64,000 nucleotides of DNA from Gammaproteobacteria bacterium (GCA_965221695.1 OZ244905.1:2080001-2144000); one strand, 5' to 3'. Shown: positions 19,956 through 29,910, numbered from the stretch's first letter. Numbers and translations are program-made. Notes: generated from the letters alone by a model not told the origin.

Positions 19956-21347
19956 TCAAAACGACAACTGCAAACCTTTCTCCGCCGCCTGTAACCACTC
20001 GCGGAAGCGCTGTTGTATGGTTTCCAGCGCATCCTTGTCATCGGCTTCAAAGCGCACGGTAAGTACCGGAGAGGTGTTGGAGGCCCGCACCAGGCCCCAA
20101 CCATCGGGGAATTCCACCCGCACGCCGTCCGTATCGATGATCTGCGCGCCGGGGAATTCAGCGCTGTCCTTAAGTTTCTGCATACAGGTATGATGCGAGG
20201 CCTCCGGCAACCTGACCCGCAGTTCCGGTGTTGATACCCCTTCCGGCATCTCCGCAAACAAGGCTTCCGAACGTTGTCCATTGTTTACCAGGATTTCCAG
20301 CAGGCGCGCGCCGGCATAGATGGCATCATCGAACCCGTACCAGCGTTCCTTGAAAAAGATATGACCACTCAGCTCACCTGCCAGCGGCGCCTCCATCTCC
20401 TCCATTTTGCTCTTGATCAGGGAATGGCCGGTCTTCCACATTAGCGGCACGCCGCCGTTATTCTCGACAACGGTTTTCAGGTGGCGCGAACATTTCACAT
20501 CATAAATGATGGCGGCGCCTTGGTTGCGGGACAGCACATCCTTCGCAAATACCATCAACTGCCGGTCTGGCCAGATAATATGTCCGGCGCTGTCAACGAC
20601 TCCGAGCCGGTCGCCGTCACCGTCAAATGCCAGGCCGATATCGGCCCCACTGGATTGTACCCGCGCGATCAGCGCGTCGAGGTTTTCCGGCTGGCTGGGG
20701 TCCGGGTGGTGATTGGGAAACGCGCCGTCCACGTCGCAATACATTTCTTCCACATCATGCCCCAGGGCGCGGAACAGTTGCGGCGCGATCACGCCCGCGA
20801 CGCCGTTACCACAATCGACAATAATCTTCAGCGCCGCGCCCGGCGCTACGGGTGGGATATCGGCGGCTACCCGGGCGACATAATCGGCCTTCACATCAGA
20901 CGAAGACAGCTTCCCCCGGCCTTGCGTGAAATCCTCCGCAATGATGCGCCGGTAAATTTCCTGCAGGTCTTCCCCGTGCAGGGTTTTTCCGGCTATGATC
21001 AGTTTCATGCCGTTATATTCAGGGCCGTTATGACTGCCTGTCACCATTACCCCGCTGTTGGCCGGCAACCAGTGCGTGGCAAAGTACAGCAGCGGCGTCG
21101 GGACAATGCCGATGTCCACGACATCCCGGCCGCTGGCGCGCAAGCCCGCAATCAGCGCGTCTGACAATTCCGGGCTGGAGTCCCTGCCGTCCCGACCCAC
21201 GGCAATTTCCTGTTCTCCCCTTTCCGCAGCCTCGGTACCAATACCAAGGCCAATCAAGCGGGCAATGTCGGCCGTCAACGTCTGGCCGACAATTCCGCGA
21301 ATGTCGTAGGCGCGGAAGATGGATGCGGGGAGTTCTGAAACGGTCAC
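19956..21347 (-). CDS. algC: Phosphomannomutase/phosphoglucomutase
   Basis: FRAYDIRG, TGSHN, FDGDGDR, GELSGH, VRASNT. Confidence 0.95.
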   Translation of the reverse strand: MTVSELPASIFRAYDIRGIVGQTLTADIARLIGLGIGTEAAERGEQEIAVGRDGRDSSPELSDALIAGLRASGRDVVDIGIVPTPLLYFATHWLPANSGVMVTGSHNGPEYNGMKLIIAGKTLHGEDLQEIYRRIIAEDFTQGRGKLSSSDVKADYVARVAADIPPVAPGAALKIIVDCGNGVAGVIAPQLFRALGHDVEEMYCDVDGAFPNHHPDPSQPENLDALIARVQSSGADIGLAFDGDGDRLGVVDSAGHIIWPDRQLMVFAKDVLSRNQGAAIIYDVKCSRHLKTVVENNGGVPLMWKTGHSLIKSKMEEMEAPLAGELSGHIFFKERWYGFDDAIYAGARLLEILVNNGQRSEALFAEMPEGVSTPELRVRLPEASHHTCMQKLKDSAEFPGAQIIDTDGVRVEFPDGWGLVRASNTSPVLTVRFEADDKDALETIQQRFREWLQAAEKGLQLSF

Positions 21348-21354
21348 TTGGCGT

Positions 21355-22596
21355 TCAGTCCTGAACGTCTTTTACTTTGGGCTTTTGCGCTTGTCCGGAG
21401 GATTTTTCGCGATAGCGTTCGCTGATCAGTTCCACCAGTTGCCCGGCCAGCTTTTCCTTGGGCGCGGTTGCCAGCGAACTTGAGCCACCCGTCCAGAAAA
21501 CATCCAGCGCATTTTCTTCGTTATCAAAGCCCAGGCCGTCTCCCACCCGGTTCGCCGCGATCATGTCCAGGTTTTTGGCCTTCAATTTCTTCTTGGCATT
21601 GTCATGCAGGTTTTCCGTCTCCGCGGCAAAACCGACCGTGAACGGTGGGCTGTCCAGCGCCGCGACTTGCGCAAGAATGTCCGGCGTTTTCTCCAGGCGC
21701 AACAGCAGGTCCGACTCCTTTTTCTTCATCTTCTGCGGCGCCGCCCTGCCGGTACGGTAATCGGCCACCGCCGCGGCCGAAACGAAGATGTCACAAGCCG
21801 GCGCTGCGGCAAGAACTTCGGACTGCATCTGCTGCGCTGAAACCACATCAATAACCCTGACCCGCGCCGGCGCCGCGAGCGTAACAGGGCCGGACACCAG
21901 CGTAACCGTCGCGCCTGCCTCTTCGGCCGCACGGGCCACCGCATACCCCATCCGGCCCGAACTGCAGTTGCTGAGATAACGCACCGGATCGATAAACTCA
22001 CGGGTCGGCCCGGCACTGACCAGCACACTGACGCCGGCAAACCGGTTCGTCCTGCCGGCTGCAATGATCGCCTCAATCAGCTCCCCGGGTTCAAGCAGCC
22101 GCCCCGGGCCTGTCTCTCCGCAGGCCTGTGCGCCGCTGTCAGGGCCAAGCAACGCGACTCCCCGGGCCTGCAGGCGTTCAATGTTGTCCCGTGTCGCCGG
22201 GTTCTGCCACATCTGCCGGTTCATTGCCGGCGCAACCAGTAGCGGCGCAGCCGTTGCCAGGCACAGCGTCGATAACAGGTCGTCAGCCAGGCCGTTGCTC
22301 AGGCGCGCAATAAAGTTCGCGGTGGCCGGCGCAATCACGACCACATCTGCCCAACGGGCGAGTTCGATATGCCCCATCGCGGCTTCGGCTTCATGGTCCA
22401 GCAGGTCAGTATGCACCGGGTTCCCGGACAGCGCCTGCAAGGTCAGGGGCGTAATAAATTCGGTTGCTGCCGGGGTCATCACCACGCGCACCGCGGCGCC
22501 GTGATCGCGCAGCCGCCGGACCAGTTCGGCGCTCTTGTACGCGGCAATGCCTCCGGATATACCCACCAGGATGCGTTTGTCAGTCAACGATTGCAT
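21355..22596 (-). CDS. coaBC: Bifunctional PPC decarboxylase/PPC synthetase
   Basis: GGIAAYK, HIELARWAD, PAMN, DPVRYLSN.SSGRMG, VGFAAET. Confidence 0.96.
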   Translation of the reverse strand: MQSLTDKRILVGISGGIAAYKSAELVRRLRDHGAAVRVVMTPAATEFITPLTLQALSGNPVHTDLLDHEAEAAMGHIELARWADVVVIAPATANFIARLSNGLADDLLSTLCLATAAPLLVAPAMNRQMWQNPATRDNIERLQARGVALLGPDSGAQACGETGPGRLLEPGELIEAIIAAGRTNRFAGVSVLVSAGPTREFIDPVRYLSNCSSGRMGYAVARAAEEAGATVTLVSGPVTLAAPARVRVIDVVSAQQMQSEVLAAAPACDIFVSAAAVADYRTGRAAPQKMKKKESDLLLRLEKTPDILAQVAALDSPPFTVGFAAETENLHDNAKKKLKAKNLDMIAANRVGDGLGFDNEENALDVFWTGGSSSLATAPKEKLAGQLVELISERYREKSSGQAQKPKVKDVQD

Positions 22597-22730
22597 CGCG
22601 CAAGTTTAGCCGATAATCGGCGCCAGCGCATAGTTTCATTCCCTGTGTTCATTCCATGTTGTCACCCTGCGCTTAATCCTGTATGCTCTAGCCTTATCTT
22701 ACTCTTACCTACAGAACAAGGAGGTTCAAC

Positions 22731-23405
22731 ATGGCAATCCGCCACTGGCCGCAAACCGAACAACCCCGCTTCAAGCTTCTGAACAACGGCCCGCAAAGCC
22801 TGTCCGATGCGGAATTGATCGCGCTGTTCCTTGGTTCCGGCTACAGCGGCCACAGCGCCGTCGACATGGCCAGAGACATGCTGTCCAAGGCCCAGGGATT
22901 GCGCCCGTTGCTGGAACAGGACCGCAATAGCCTGCTGAAGACCAAGGGGCTGGGCGAGGCCAAGTGGGTGTTACTGCAAGCCGCGCTGGAACTGGGCCGC
23001 CGTTACCTGGAAGCGGAGGTACGCGCCAGGCCGGCGCTGAGCAACCCCGACAAGACCAAGACCTACGTCAAAGCCTGGTTATGCCGCTACCCCCACGAAG
23101 TGTTTGCCTGCCTGTTCCTGGACAACCGCCACCGCATCATCAACAGCGAAATCCTGTTTACCGGCACCATTGACGGCGCCAGCGTCTACCCGCGCGAAGT
23201 GGTCAAACGCTGCCTGGAACTGAACGCCGCCGCGATTATCTTTGCCCACAACCACCCCTCAGGCATAGCCGAACCCAGCCAGGCCGACCGCCAGATCACA
23301 CTAAAACTGACCCAAGCCCTGGCGTTGATGGACGTACGCGTCCTAGACCACCTGGTAGTCGGCGACAAACTGGTGACATCCATGGCTGAACGGGGGTTGT
23401 TGTGA
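22731..23405 (+). CDS. radC: RadC/JAB family protein
   Basis: LSDAELIAL, VYPREV, HNHPSG..EPS.AD, LDH; divergent from coaBC. Confidence 0.95.
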   Translation: MAIRHWPQTEQPRFKLLNNGPQSLSDAELIALFLGSGYSGHSAVDMARDMLSKAQGLRPLLEQDRNSLLKTKGLGEAKWVLLQAALELGRRYLEAEVRARPALSNPDKTKTYVKAWLCRYPHEVFACLFLDNRHRIINSEILFTGTIDGASVYPREVVKRCLELNAAAIIFAHNHPSGIAEPSQADRQITLKLTQALALMDVRVLDHLVVGDKLVTSMAERGLL

Positions 23406-23497
23406 GTCGAACACAGTCGTTAATTCACCATCACCCGAAGCAAATGGCCAACTGGTATAATCTTGAAAAACGATGGTCCAATTTTTGGAGAAAAAAG

Positions 23498-24556
23498 ATG
23501 ATTCACTTGAGTAGCTTCACGGCTGTTCGATACCGTGGCATTGATGGGCTGGTGGTACCTCACCTGACAAAGGCCAATTTGATCACGGGTATGAATGGCA
23601 TAGGGAAGACAGCGCTGCTCGAAGCCATATGGCTTTTTTCCGGGAGACACAACCCTGGGCTATTGTGGAATGCCAATGTCCAACGTTCTGGTTCCACCTC
23701 GCCGATCTTGGACCCTATATCCCGGCTGACAGATGACAAACTGGATCTTCAGGGAATGGTAAACGGAGAAGAGTATAGCGTGGCGTTTGTTTTTGAGAAA
23801 CTGAATGGCTCTGCCGAATGGGTGCCTTCGTCCCATCCAATACGGGAAGGCGCGCCGACTTTGCCGCCTATTGTAGGATTCATCCGTACTTACCTTGATG
23901 GTGCGCTAGTAGAAGAAGCTCCAAAAGGTGTTCATCTAACGTCGCATGGAACGGTGCTACACCAACCTACGACTGTATCGTTAGAGCATCTCAACTGCGT
24001 CATAGAAAACGCAAGATTCCAGAATGAGGTACCAGGCGAGTACTTAAAGAGGTACACCGATTTGCGCACGCAAGGCCAAAAGGCAGAGTTGGTGAGCGCA
24101 ATGAATATGGTTGTTGAAGAAATCAAAGATGTGGAAATACTGGCCGATGATAGCGAGAGTCCGTACATCTCGGTAGAAATGGAAGGCGGGAAGCTACTCC
24201 CAATTCAAGACCTTGGAGGCGGCGCGGTCAGGTTGTTCAGGTTGCTGCTTGGTTTCTCCGCAGCGCCGAACGGTATTTTTTTGTCGGATGAACTGGAGAA
24301 CGGCATCTATTACCGTGCTCATCGTGCAGTTTGGGATAGAGCGCGAGAATGGATGGCTCAGTGGAACGTGCAATTCATTGCTACCACCCACAGCGGCGAA
24401 CTCGTCGACGCAGCAATTGGCGCGTTTGAAGATGCGCCAGATGATCTTGCGATCCACCAGTTGTTCCGAAACGAGAATACGGGACAGTTGGAAGTTGCCA
24501 CCTTTACCGGAGAGTCTCTATTAGGCGCGCGTAACCTCAACCTGGAAGTGCGCTAA
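23498..24556 (+). CDS. ABC-type (AAA_15/AAA_21) ATPase
   Basis: Walker A GMNGIGKT, signature LGGGAVR, Walker B DELENG, TTHS; ATG 23498 with GGAG. Confidence 0.85.
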   Translation: MIHLSSFTAVRYRGIDGLVVPHLTKANLITGMNGIGKTALLEAIWLFSGRHNPGLLWNANVQRSGSTSPILDPISRLTDDKLDLQGMVNGEEYSVAFVFEKLNGSAEWVPSSHPIREGAPTLPPIVGFIRTYLDGALVEEAPKGVHLTSHGTVLHQPTTVSLEHLNCVIENARFQNEVPGEYLKRYTDLRTQGQKAELVSAMNMVVEEIKDVEILADDSESPYISVEMEGGKLLPIQDLGGGAVRLFRLLLGFSAAPNGIFLSDELENGIYYRAHRAVWDRAREWMAQWNVQFIATTHSGELVDAAIGAFEDAPDDLAIHQLFRNENTGQLEVATFTGESLLGARNLNLEVR

Positions 24557-25221
24557 TGCAGAATCATCGCGACGGAAACCCCCATTCCGAGGATAAACAT
24601 AGGATTGATAGCAAGCGGTTATTGCTGGTGGAGGGCCGGGATGAAGTCAACTTGTTTAAGGCATTGATTAAGAGGCAAATCGGCGATGATGCCGATATTC
24701 AAGTATTCGATGTTGGCGGAAAGGATCAATTCCCGTTAAACTTCTCTGCAGTAAATAAACAGGTGAAGACTCTTAAAGATTTTCGTTCCATCGGCGTCAT
24801 TCGGGACGCAGACGATGATGCCAAAGCTGCACTCGAGAGCGTCAGCGGTGCTCTTCGCAAAGCCGGATACAAGCCTCCAGACTCTCACGGCGCTTTTTCG
24901 AATGCATCTCCTTCGGTAGGCATTTTCATAGTACCCGACGGGCCCGACGGAGAGGAGGGGGGCGCTATCGAGACCTTGTGTCGACGGTCTGTGGAAGAAT
25001 CCGATGCGGGTCAGTGCGTCATGCAGTACCTGGAGTGTCTGGCCGAGCACAATGCGATGAAGTCAACAAACAAGGACAAGAGCTTTGCGCACGCCTACTT
25101 GGCTGCTATGCATAACCCAGTAGCCAGAGTTGGAGAAGGCGCATCGCAAGGTGTGTGGGACTTCGATTCGCCGGTGTTCAAGGAAATCGTGGATTTCATC
25201 CGCAAGCTGCAATCTGAGTAA
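24556..25221 (+). CDS. TOPRIM-like protein (DUF3226-like), partner of the upstream ATPase
   Basis: LLVEGRDE, GGK, IGVIRDAD, GAIETL; 1-bp overlap with the ATPase. Confidence 0.75.
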   Translation: MQNHRDGNPHSEDKHRIDSKRLLLVEGRDEVNLFKALIKRQIGDDADIQVFDVGGKDQFPLNFSAVNKQVKTLKDFRSIGVIRDADDDAKAALESVSGALRKAGYKPPDSHGAFSNASPSVGIFIVPDGPDGEEGGAIETLCRRSVEESDAGQCVMQYLECLAEHNAMKSTNKDKSFAHAYLAAMHNPVARVGEGASQGVWDFDSPVFKEIVDFIRKLQSE

Positions 25222-25488
25222 CCTGTATGCGGGCGAGACGCCCATGGCTCCCAGAGAAGGCTGGCGGCTGCTGTATATTGTTTATCGAACAATAGCTTTT
25301 CTGAGCTAAATCCCACGTTTTTGATAATCGCCCGGATCCGCAGGTTTTTGGAGTTTCCTATTTTGCTGCTTATTCTCTTGAGGCTTATTGTTTTTAGGCA
25401 TGCTTTTGTGAGAAGCAGGTATATTTTGTGATGTATGTTTAATAGGCGCTGTCCAAACAGAGCTGGGAGAGATTATTCTACTACCAAC

Positions 25489-25850
25489 TCGACACATCTG
25501 CGATGGCATAAGTCAGGGACCTCAAACACTATGTGGAGTGTACAAAGGGATGAGAAAATGATCACGAACACTATGAAAAAATCAAACCCGTGATAAAAAC
25601 AGAGTTTGACATCTTTCAAACCGGAACTACGAGATATTACTGAGAGAATAATGTTGTGGATGACCTCCCCGACTACTCCGTTGCCGGAGAGATCCCCTTG
25701 GGATCTTGTCATCGGGGAGGGACCTTTTTCTGTGCGGGCCTTTCCCTCTACCACCGTCAGAGAACACCCTTTGCTTGATATAAGAATATCATATCTGGAA
25801 AGCAGATTTAAATGAATTGGGGCAAAATAAGGAGCAACAGATCGACACAT
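25489..25850. mobile_element. Putative small non-autonomous element bounded by TCGACACAT direct repeats
   Basis: tcgacacat at 25489-25497 and 25842-25850; inner ends ATCTG/CAGAT; left end recurs at 28157-28226. Confidence 0.5.
25664..25720 (-). ncRNA. Putative three-way-junction RNA structure
   Basis: Outer stem cctccccga/tcggggagg enclosing agatccc/gggatct and ctccg-GCAA-cggag (GNRA loop on the minus strand). Confidence 0.4.
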
Positions 25851-25967
25851 TGGAATTACGGCCACCGCCCAAAATTAGCGCTCAAAGCAGCTTATACCAG
25901 GGACTGGTATGACTGTGTCGGTCGCCGCAACGGTCGCCTCGGTCCCTGATATTCAGCCGCATTGAGT

Positions 25968-26624
25968 TTATTTCAAGCCCTGTTGTAAAGTCGGTGAGAT
26001 TTCGTGGCTAAGCGGTGCCCCCTGGTTGCGGGGATTGTTCACACGGCTGCTGACGGGATACGCTTCCATCTTCCCTGTAAAAGGCCCGAGCAAACCTTGG
26101 CCACCGTCATTGAGCCATGCGTCGTAGTCAGTCGGCGTGATAATGGCCGGCATGCGGTCGTGGATCCCGGCCAGTGCCTCGCAGACTGTTGTCGTGATGA
26201 TGGCGAAGGTCTCAACCGGGCCGTCCGGCCCCTGCCAGCAGGACCAGAGTCCAGCAAGTGATAACAGGTCTGCACCTGCCAGGCGAATGAAGTACGGCTG
26301 CTTGCGGCCGTTTTGCTTGCGCCACTCGTAATAGCCGTTGACCGGCACCAGGCAGCGATTGCGCTTGAATGCATCCCGGAACCAGGGTTTATCAGCCAGG
26401 GTCTCGGCGCGGGCATTAATAGGTTTGACTGCGGGGTCCTTCGCCCAGCGGGGGATGAACCCCCAACGGCAGACGGCCGCTTCCCTGTCGGTCGCTTGAC
26501 GCACTACCGGTACCTGCGCCGACGGGGCGATATTGTAACCACCGTTGAAATCCGGGACCGTGTCCAGACCGTAGTGGTCTGCCAACCGGTCCGCATCGCT
26601 GCTCAGCACAAATCGTCCGCACAT
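25968..26624 (-). CDS. SOS response-associated peptidase (SRAP/YedK)
   Basis: MCGRF N-terminus, YNIAPS, INARAET, RCLVP.NGYYEW, IHDRMP, VSSRVN. Confidence 0.93.
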   Translation of the reverse strand: MCGRFVLSSDADRLADHYGLDTVPDFNGGYNIAPSAQVPVVRQATDREAAVCRWGFIPRWAKDPAVKPINARAETLADKPWFRDAFKRNRCLVPVNGYYEWRKQNGRKQPYFIRLAGADLLSLAGLWSCWQGPDGPVETFAIITTTVCEALAGIHDRMPAIITPTDYDAWLNDGGQGLLGPFTGKMEAYPVSSRVNNPRNQGAPLSHEISPTLQQGLK

Positions 26625-26644
26625 AATACACTGTCTCATGTGAA

Positions 26645-26761
26645 AACCGGCGCATAGACATGAGGACGGCGCCGGTTGTCAGGCATCGGAACCGACAGTC
26701 CTGACACCACAGCCGGTCCGTGTCAACAAATCCCGAACGGTTTATGTCTCACATCCGGCTG
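26645..26761 (-). other. Three abutting hairpins upstream of SRAP
   Basis: aaccggcgc/gcgccggtt, tgtcagg/cctgaca, cagccgg/ccggctg. Confidence 0.55.
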
Positions 26762-26895
26762 CCTAATCATCTGCATCTTGATTCATGAATTTATTAGATG
26801 ATAGATACGGACCAGATCAAGAGACAAAACCCTCAGACTGTCCATTATAACAAGCCGAAGGTGGCAGAACAGTCCGTTATATACGTCTTGGCATG

Positions 26896-26976
26896 ACTGG
26901 ACGCAAACCGAACAACCCCGCTTCAAGCTTCTGAACAACGGCCCGCAAAGCCTGTCCGATACGGAATTGATCGCGC
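26896..26976 (+). repeat. 81-bp copy of the radC 5' region (22744-22824)
   Basis: 79/81 identical by direct comparison. Confidence 0.92.
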
Positions 26977-27024
26977 CTGTCTGTCTTTGTAAAAGCACCT
27001 ATTGATCAATATACTTGGGGGGTT

Positions 27025-27831
27025 ATGGCTACTAAACTGAATATATTAGAGGTCTACAGATTTTCTTTTTCGTTGATGATCAAAATAATAGTTCCATATT
27101 TAGTTCCAGCAGCAGCCTTGAGTATTGGTTGGTACATTTTAGTGATGTTGATTGATGGAATGCAGCAACCGGGAACTGAGGATGCGTTTTTGTTCGCAGT
27201 TGAAGCGTCATTATATATATGTGCGGTGTTTTTCTATATTGTGCTGCCGGTCTTGATCATTAAGCTGCTATTTCATAGTGGAACGCAACAGGCCTTGGTA
27301 TTAGATAGCGACTTTACTATCAGGAAAATCGTAATAAGCCCAGGGTTCATCACATGTTTATTCAAATTTTTTTGTATGTCGATAATGTTCACAATAATAT
27401 TATCCCTGCCGATATCTTTTTCCTTCCTTCTATGGCCTGAAATCATTCAGCCAATTTCGATTACGGTTGTTATACGTGTATTGCTTCACACGTTACCGTT
27501 TATTTTATTGCTCTATATAGCATTGAGGCATTTACCAACATTTATGCTGGCATCGGCTGCTTCGGTAATTGATAATCTCAGCGTTGTGAACAGTGTTAAA
27601 CGTGGTTACTCCCTTTCTTCCTCTCACTGGTTTAAAATTTCGACAATGATATTAACTCCTCTGATCTTATTTCAGGAGGCGCTTAAGTCATCTGGGCTCT
27701 GGGTACTAAATTATCATTTTGATGATATAACCGGGATGTTGTTGGTGGTAGGTTTTGTCTTACTTGGATATATATTTACTCCAGTACTTTACGCTATATT
27801 ATTATCAAAATGTTATTTTGATCTGAAATAA
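27025..27831 (+). CDS. Hypothetical multi-TM membrane protein, low GC
   Basis: 268-aa ORF with about six hydrophobic segments. Confidence 0.7.
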   Translation: MATKLNILEVYRFSFSLMIKIIVPYLVPAAALSIGWYILVMLIDGMQQPGTEDAFLFAVEASLYICAVFFYIVLPVLIIKLLFHSGTQQALVLDSDFTIRKIVISPGFITCLFKFFCMSIMFTIILSLPISFSFLLWPEIIQPISITVVIRVLLHTLPFILLLYIALRHLPTFMLASAASVIDNLSVVNSVKRGYSLSSSHWFKISTMILTPLILFQEALKSSGLWVLNYHFDDITGMLLVVGFVLLGYIFTPVLYAILLSKCYFDLK

Positions 27832-27833
27832 TC

Positions 27834-27921
27834 TAAGGAAGCTCTGAACAAGTCCATCCAGGACTTGTCAGAGCACATCCCTGTACCGTTGGAACCTCTG
27901 ACTTAATCTCAGAGGTTCCCA
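27834..27921. repeat. MITE/REPIN-like family A
   Basis: taaggaagctctgaacaagtcc...ctcagaggttccc. Confidence 0.78.
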
Positions 27922-27964
27922 AATTGTGATTGATAATCCTGATATCGAATATCACTGAGAAGAA

Positions 27965-28163
27965 CGATAAAGGCCCTGCAATCCCCCCCCCCACACCCTG
28001 GTGGTATCGTGAAACGGCAATGCCTGGAACCGCTAGACCCTACCGTGACATGCGCAGCTAAGGGACTCGGGGTCACACGGCAAGCGCTGTCAGAGTTGGT
28101 AAATGAGCGAACGGAAATCTCGGTGGAGATGGCAATCCGGCTTTAAAAGCATTAGGCTCGACA
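27965..28163 (+). pseudogene. HigA-type antitoxin remnant
   Basis: PPHPGGIVKRQCLEPL..TVT.AAKGLGVTRQALSELVNERTEISVEMAIRL, then stop/frameshift; truncated after GST. Confidence 0.8.
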
Positions 28164-28280
28164 CATCTCCAATTGTTTAAGTCAAGAATATCAAACACTA
28201 TCTGAAGTGTAGAAGGGAGGAGAAATCGATCAATCGGCCAGAATAAGCCGTAATAAGCCAGAATGGGCCAACTATCTGTT

Positions 28281-29675
28281 TCATAATGCCTTCCAGCGGG
28301 CGCCGGGACCACGTCCCGTGGATTCGGCCAAACTCTTGGACTTCAGAATAGCAAGGTCTTCTCGCACGCGTCGCACGTTCATCTGCTGACCTAATAGAGC
28401 GCGTATTTCCCGGAGCGCAAGAGCATGGTGGGAACGACGCAACAGCGACAGGACCGCGTCCTGTTGTTCTGTCAAACCACTTGCGAATTGTTCATCTGCC
28501 ACATGGTCTGCCCGCCGGAAACGGACGGTGACAGAATCGCCACGTTCCTCAATTTCAGGGCAGGGCAAGCCAGCGGAGGTCGCCAAATCTGCCATTCTTA
28601 GGGTGCCCCGACCCCACTCCTCAATGATGCCGCGGCGGTAGAACGTGCGCGCAATCAGCGGGTTCCACGGACGAGACTCGTGCGGACTGAACAGAGCGTC
28701 CGGCGTCAGTCCGAAGTGCAGTGGGCCCGTGGAGGTCACCTCCAAGCGGTCATCGTAAACAGCGAGACCAATCGAGCCGCCACCCATTGCATAGTCGCGA
28801 TGGCACAGGGCGTTAGCGATCGCTTCACGCGTGGCAAGCGGCGGATATAGTGGCTCGTCGATACGCTGCATTCTGCCTGAGACGAAGCGGCTCGCGATCG
28901 GCAAAGTATCACGGAGGAATCGTTGGGCATTTGCAAGAAGCGTGAAAGCATTGCCGATGAATTGCCGGTTGTCCAAGAACTCTGATCTGTCGAAGCCCCG
29001 AAAGCGTGCTACGCGGAGCAGACATTGCGGCATATCACATTCCAGTCGCTCTGCCTTGCCAAACAGTGCTGCCGCCGCCCGGAAAAGGACTCCGTCTCGC
29101 ATGAGTCCCAAGCCGTGTAACAGATCTTTCGGGTCCCGGCTGCCCGGTTCGTTCAGGCGTCCATTTAACACCGCCTCAGCGACCGTGTTACGGAGTTCCG
29201 CCACATCCAAGTCATCGATAGTCCACCCAGCAGCAGGCTGGTTTTCCCAACGTAGATCATTGTGCATACGTTCGAAGAGCAGGCGGTTGTATTCATCGGT
29301 AGACATGCTCAGGGTTGTGTTTCCGACACGTCGGTAAGATACTCCCCGATACTGATACGGAAGAGATGAACCTGGACTGACGCGAATTGCTATCACCTCG
29401 CGTACCTCTGAGATTCGCACCCTCTCTATCTCAGGAAATGCCGGCGGATCGATCCGTTGTATCTCCGCGCTTACCTCCTCGAGCGTGCGATCACTTACCT
29501 GCTGGCCTTGCACATTGCCCTCCTGCGTGACACCAAAGAGCACATGTCCACCCCGATAATTGAGCATAGCGCAAATTGTCCTCGCGGCCTCGCGTCGGGT
29601 TCCCGTCGTGGCCTTGAACTCCAGCTTTTCAGATTCCCCGGACGCAACAAGCGCCATAACTTGCTCAGGTGTCAT
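28281..29675 (-). CDS. Schlafen/AlbA_2 + HATPase_c_4 + wHTH protein
   Basis: GESEKLEFK, ICAMLN..GG.VLFGV, REAIANALCHRDY, NPLIA..FYR.G.IE.WGRG. Confidence 0.85.
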   Translation of the reverse strand: MTPEQVMALVASGESEKLEFKATTGTRREAARTICAMLNYRGGHVLFGVTQEGNVQGQQVSDRTLEEVSAEIQRIDPPAFPEIERVRISEVREVIAIRVSPGSSLPYQYRGVSYRRVGNTTLSMSTDEYNRLLFERMHNDLRWENQPAAGWTIDDLDVAELRNTVAEAVLNGRLNEPGSRDPKDLLHGLGLMRDGVLFRAAAALFGKAERLECDMPQCLLRVARFRGFDRSEFLDNRQFIGNAFTLLANAQRFLRDTLPIASRFVSGRMQRIDEPLYPPLATREAIANALCHRDYAMGGGSIGLAVYDDRLEVTSTGPLHFGLTPDALFSPHESRPWNPLIARTFYRRGIIEEWGRGTLRMADLATSAGLPCPEIEERGDSVTVRFRRADHVADEQFASGLTEQQDAVLSLLRRSHHALALREIRALLGQQMNVRRVREDLAILKSKSLAESTGRGPGARWKAL

Positions 29676-29910
29676 CTATAGGATTACCGTCATCGATTCT
29701 ATGTCCGTTATTCTAGGCCTTGCCCGTCCTTCTCAATTTGTATTACTTGACTACCACATCATAGCATCAGTAAGAATACGCTACTACTCTCTCTCTCTTG
29801 CACTCTCTCTCTTGCAGTAGAGACCTCGTCACCATCTCCCCGCATATTGATTAATGTATATATTTCTTGCGCTATATAATATGCAAGAATAAAGCGTGTC
29901 GGAGGAGGTC

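Noticed and set aside
25306-25509. Intact small gene
   Set aside because: It crosses the TCGACACAT junction and has no recognisable motif; at most a fragment.
26631-26763. Retron msr-msd or tRNA-like structure
   Set aside because: No reverse transcriptase in the window and no closing stem joining the three hairpins.
29787-29817. (CT)n microsatellite-like tract as a phase-variation switch
   Set aside because: Short, interrupted and intergenic, with no clear promoter overlap.
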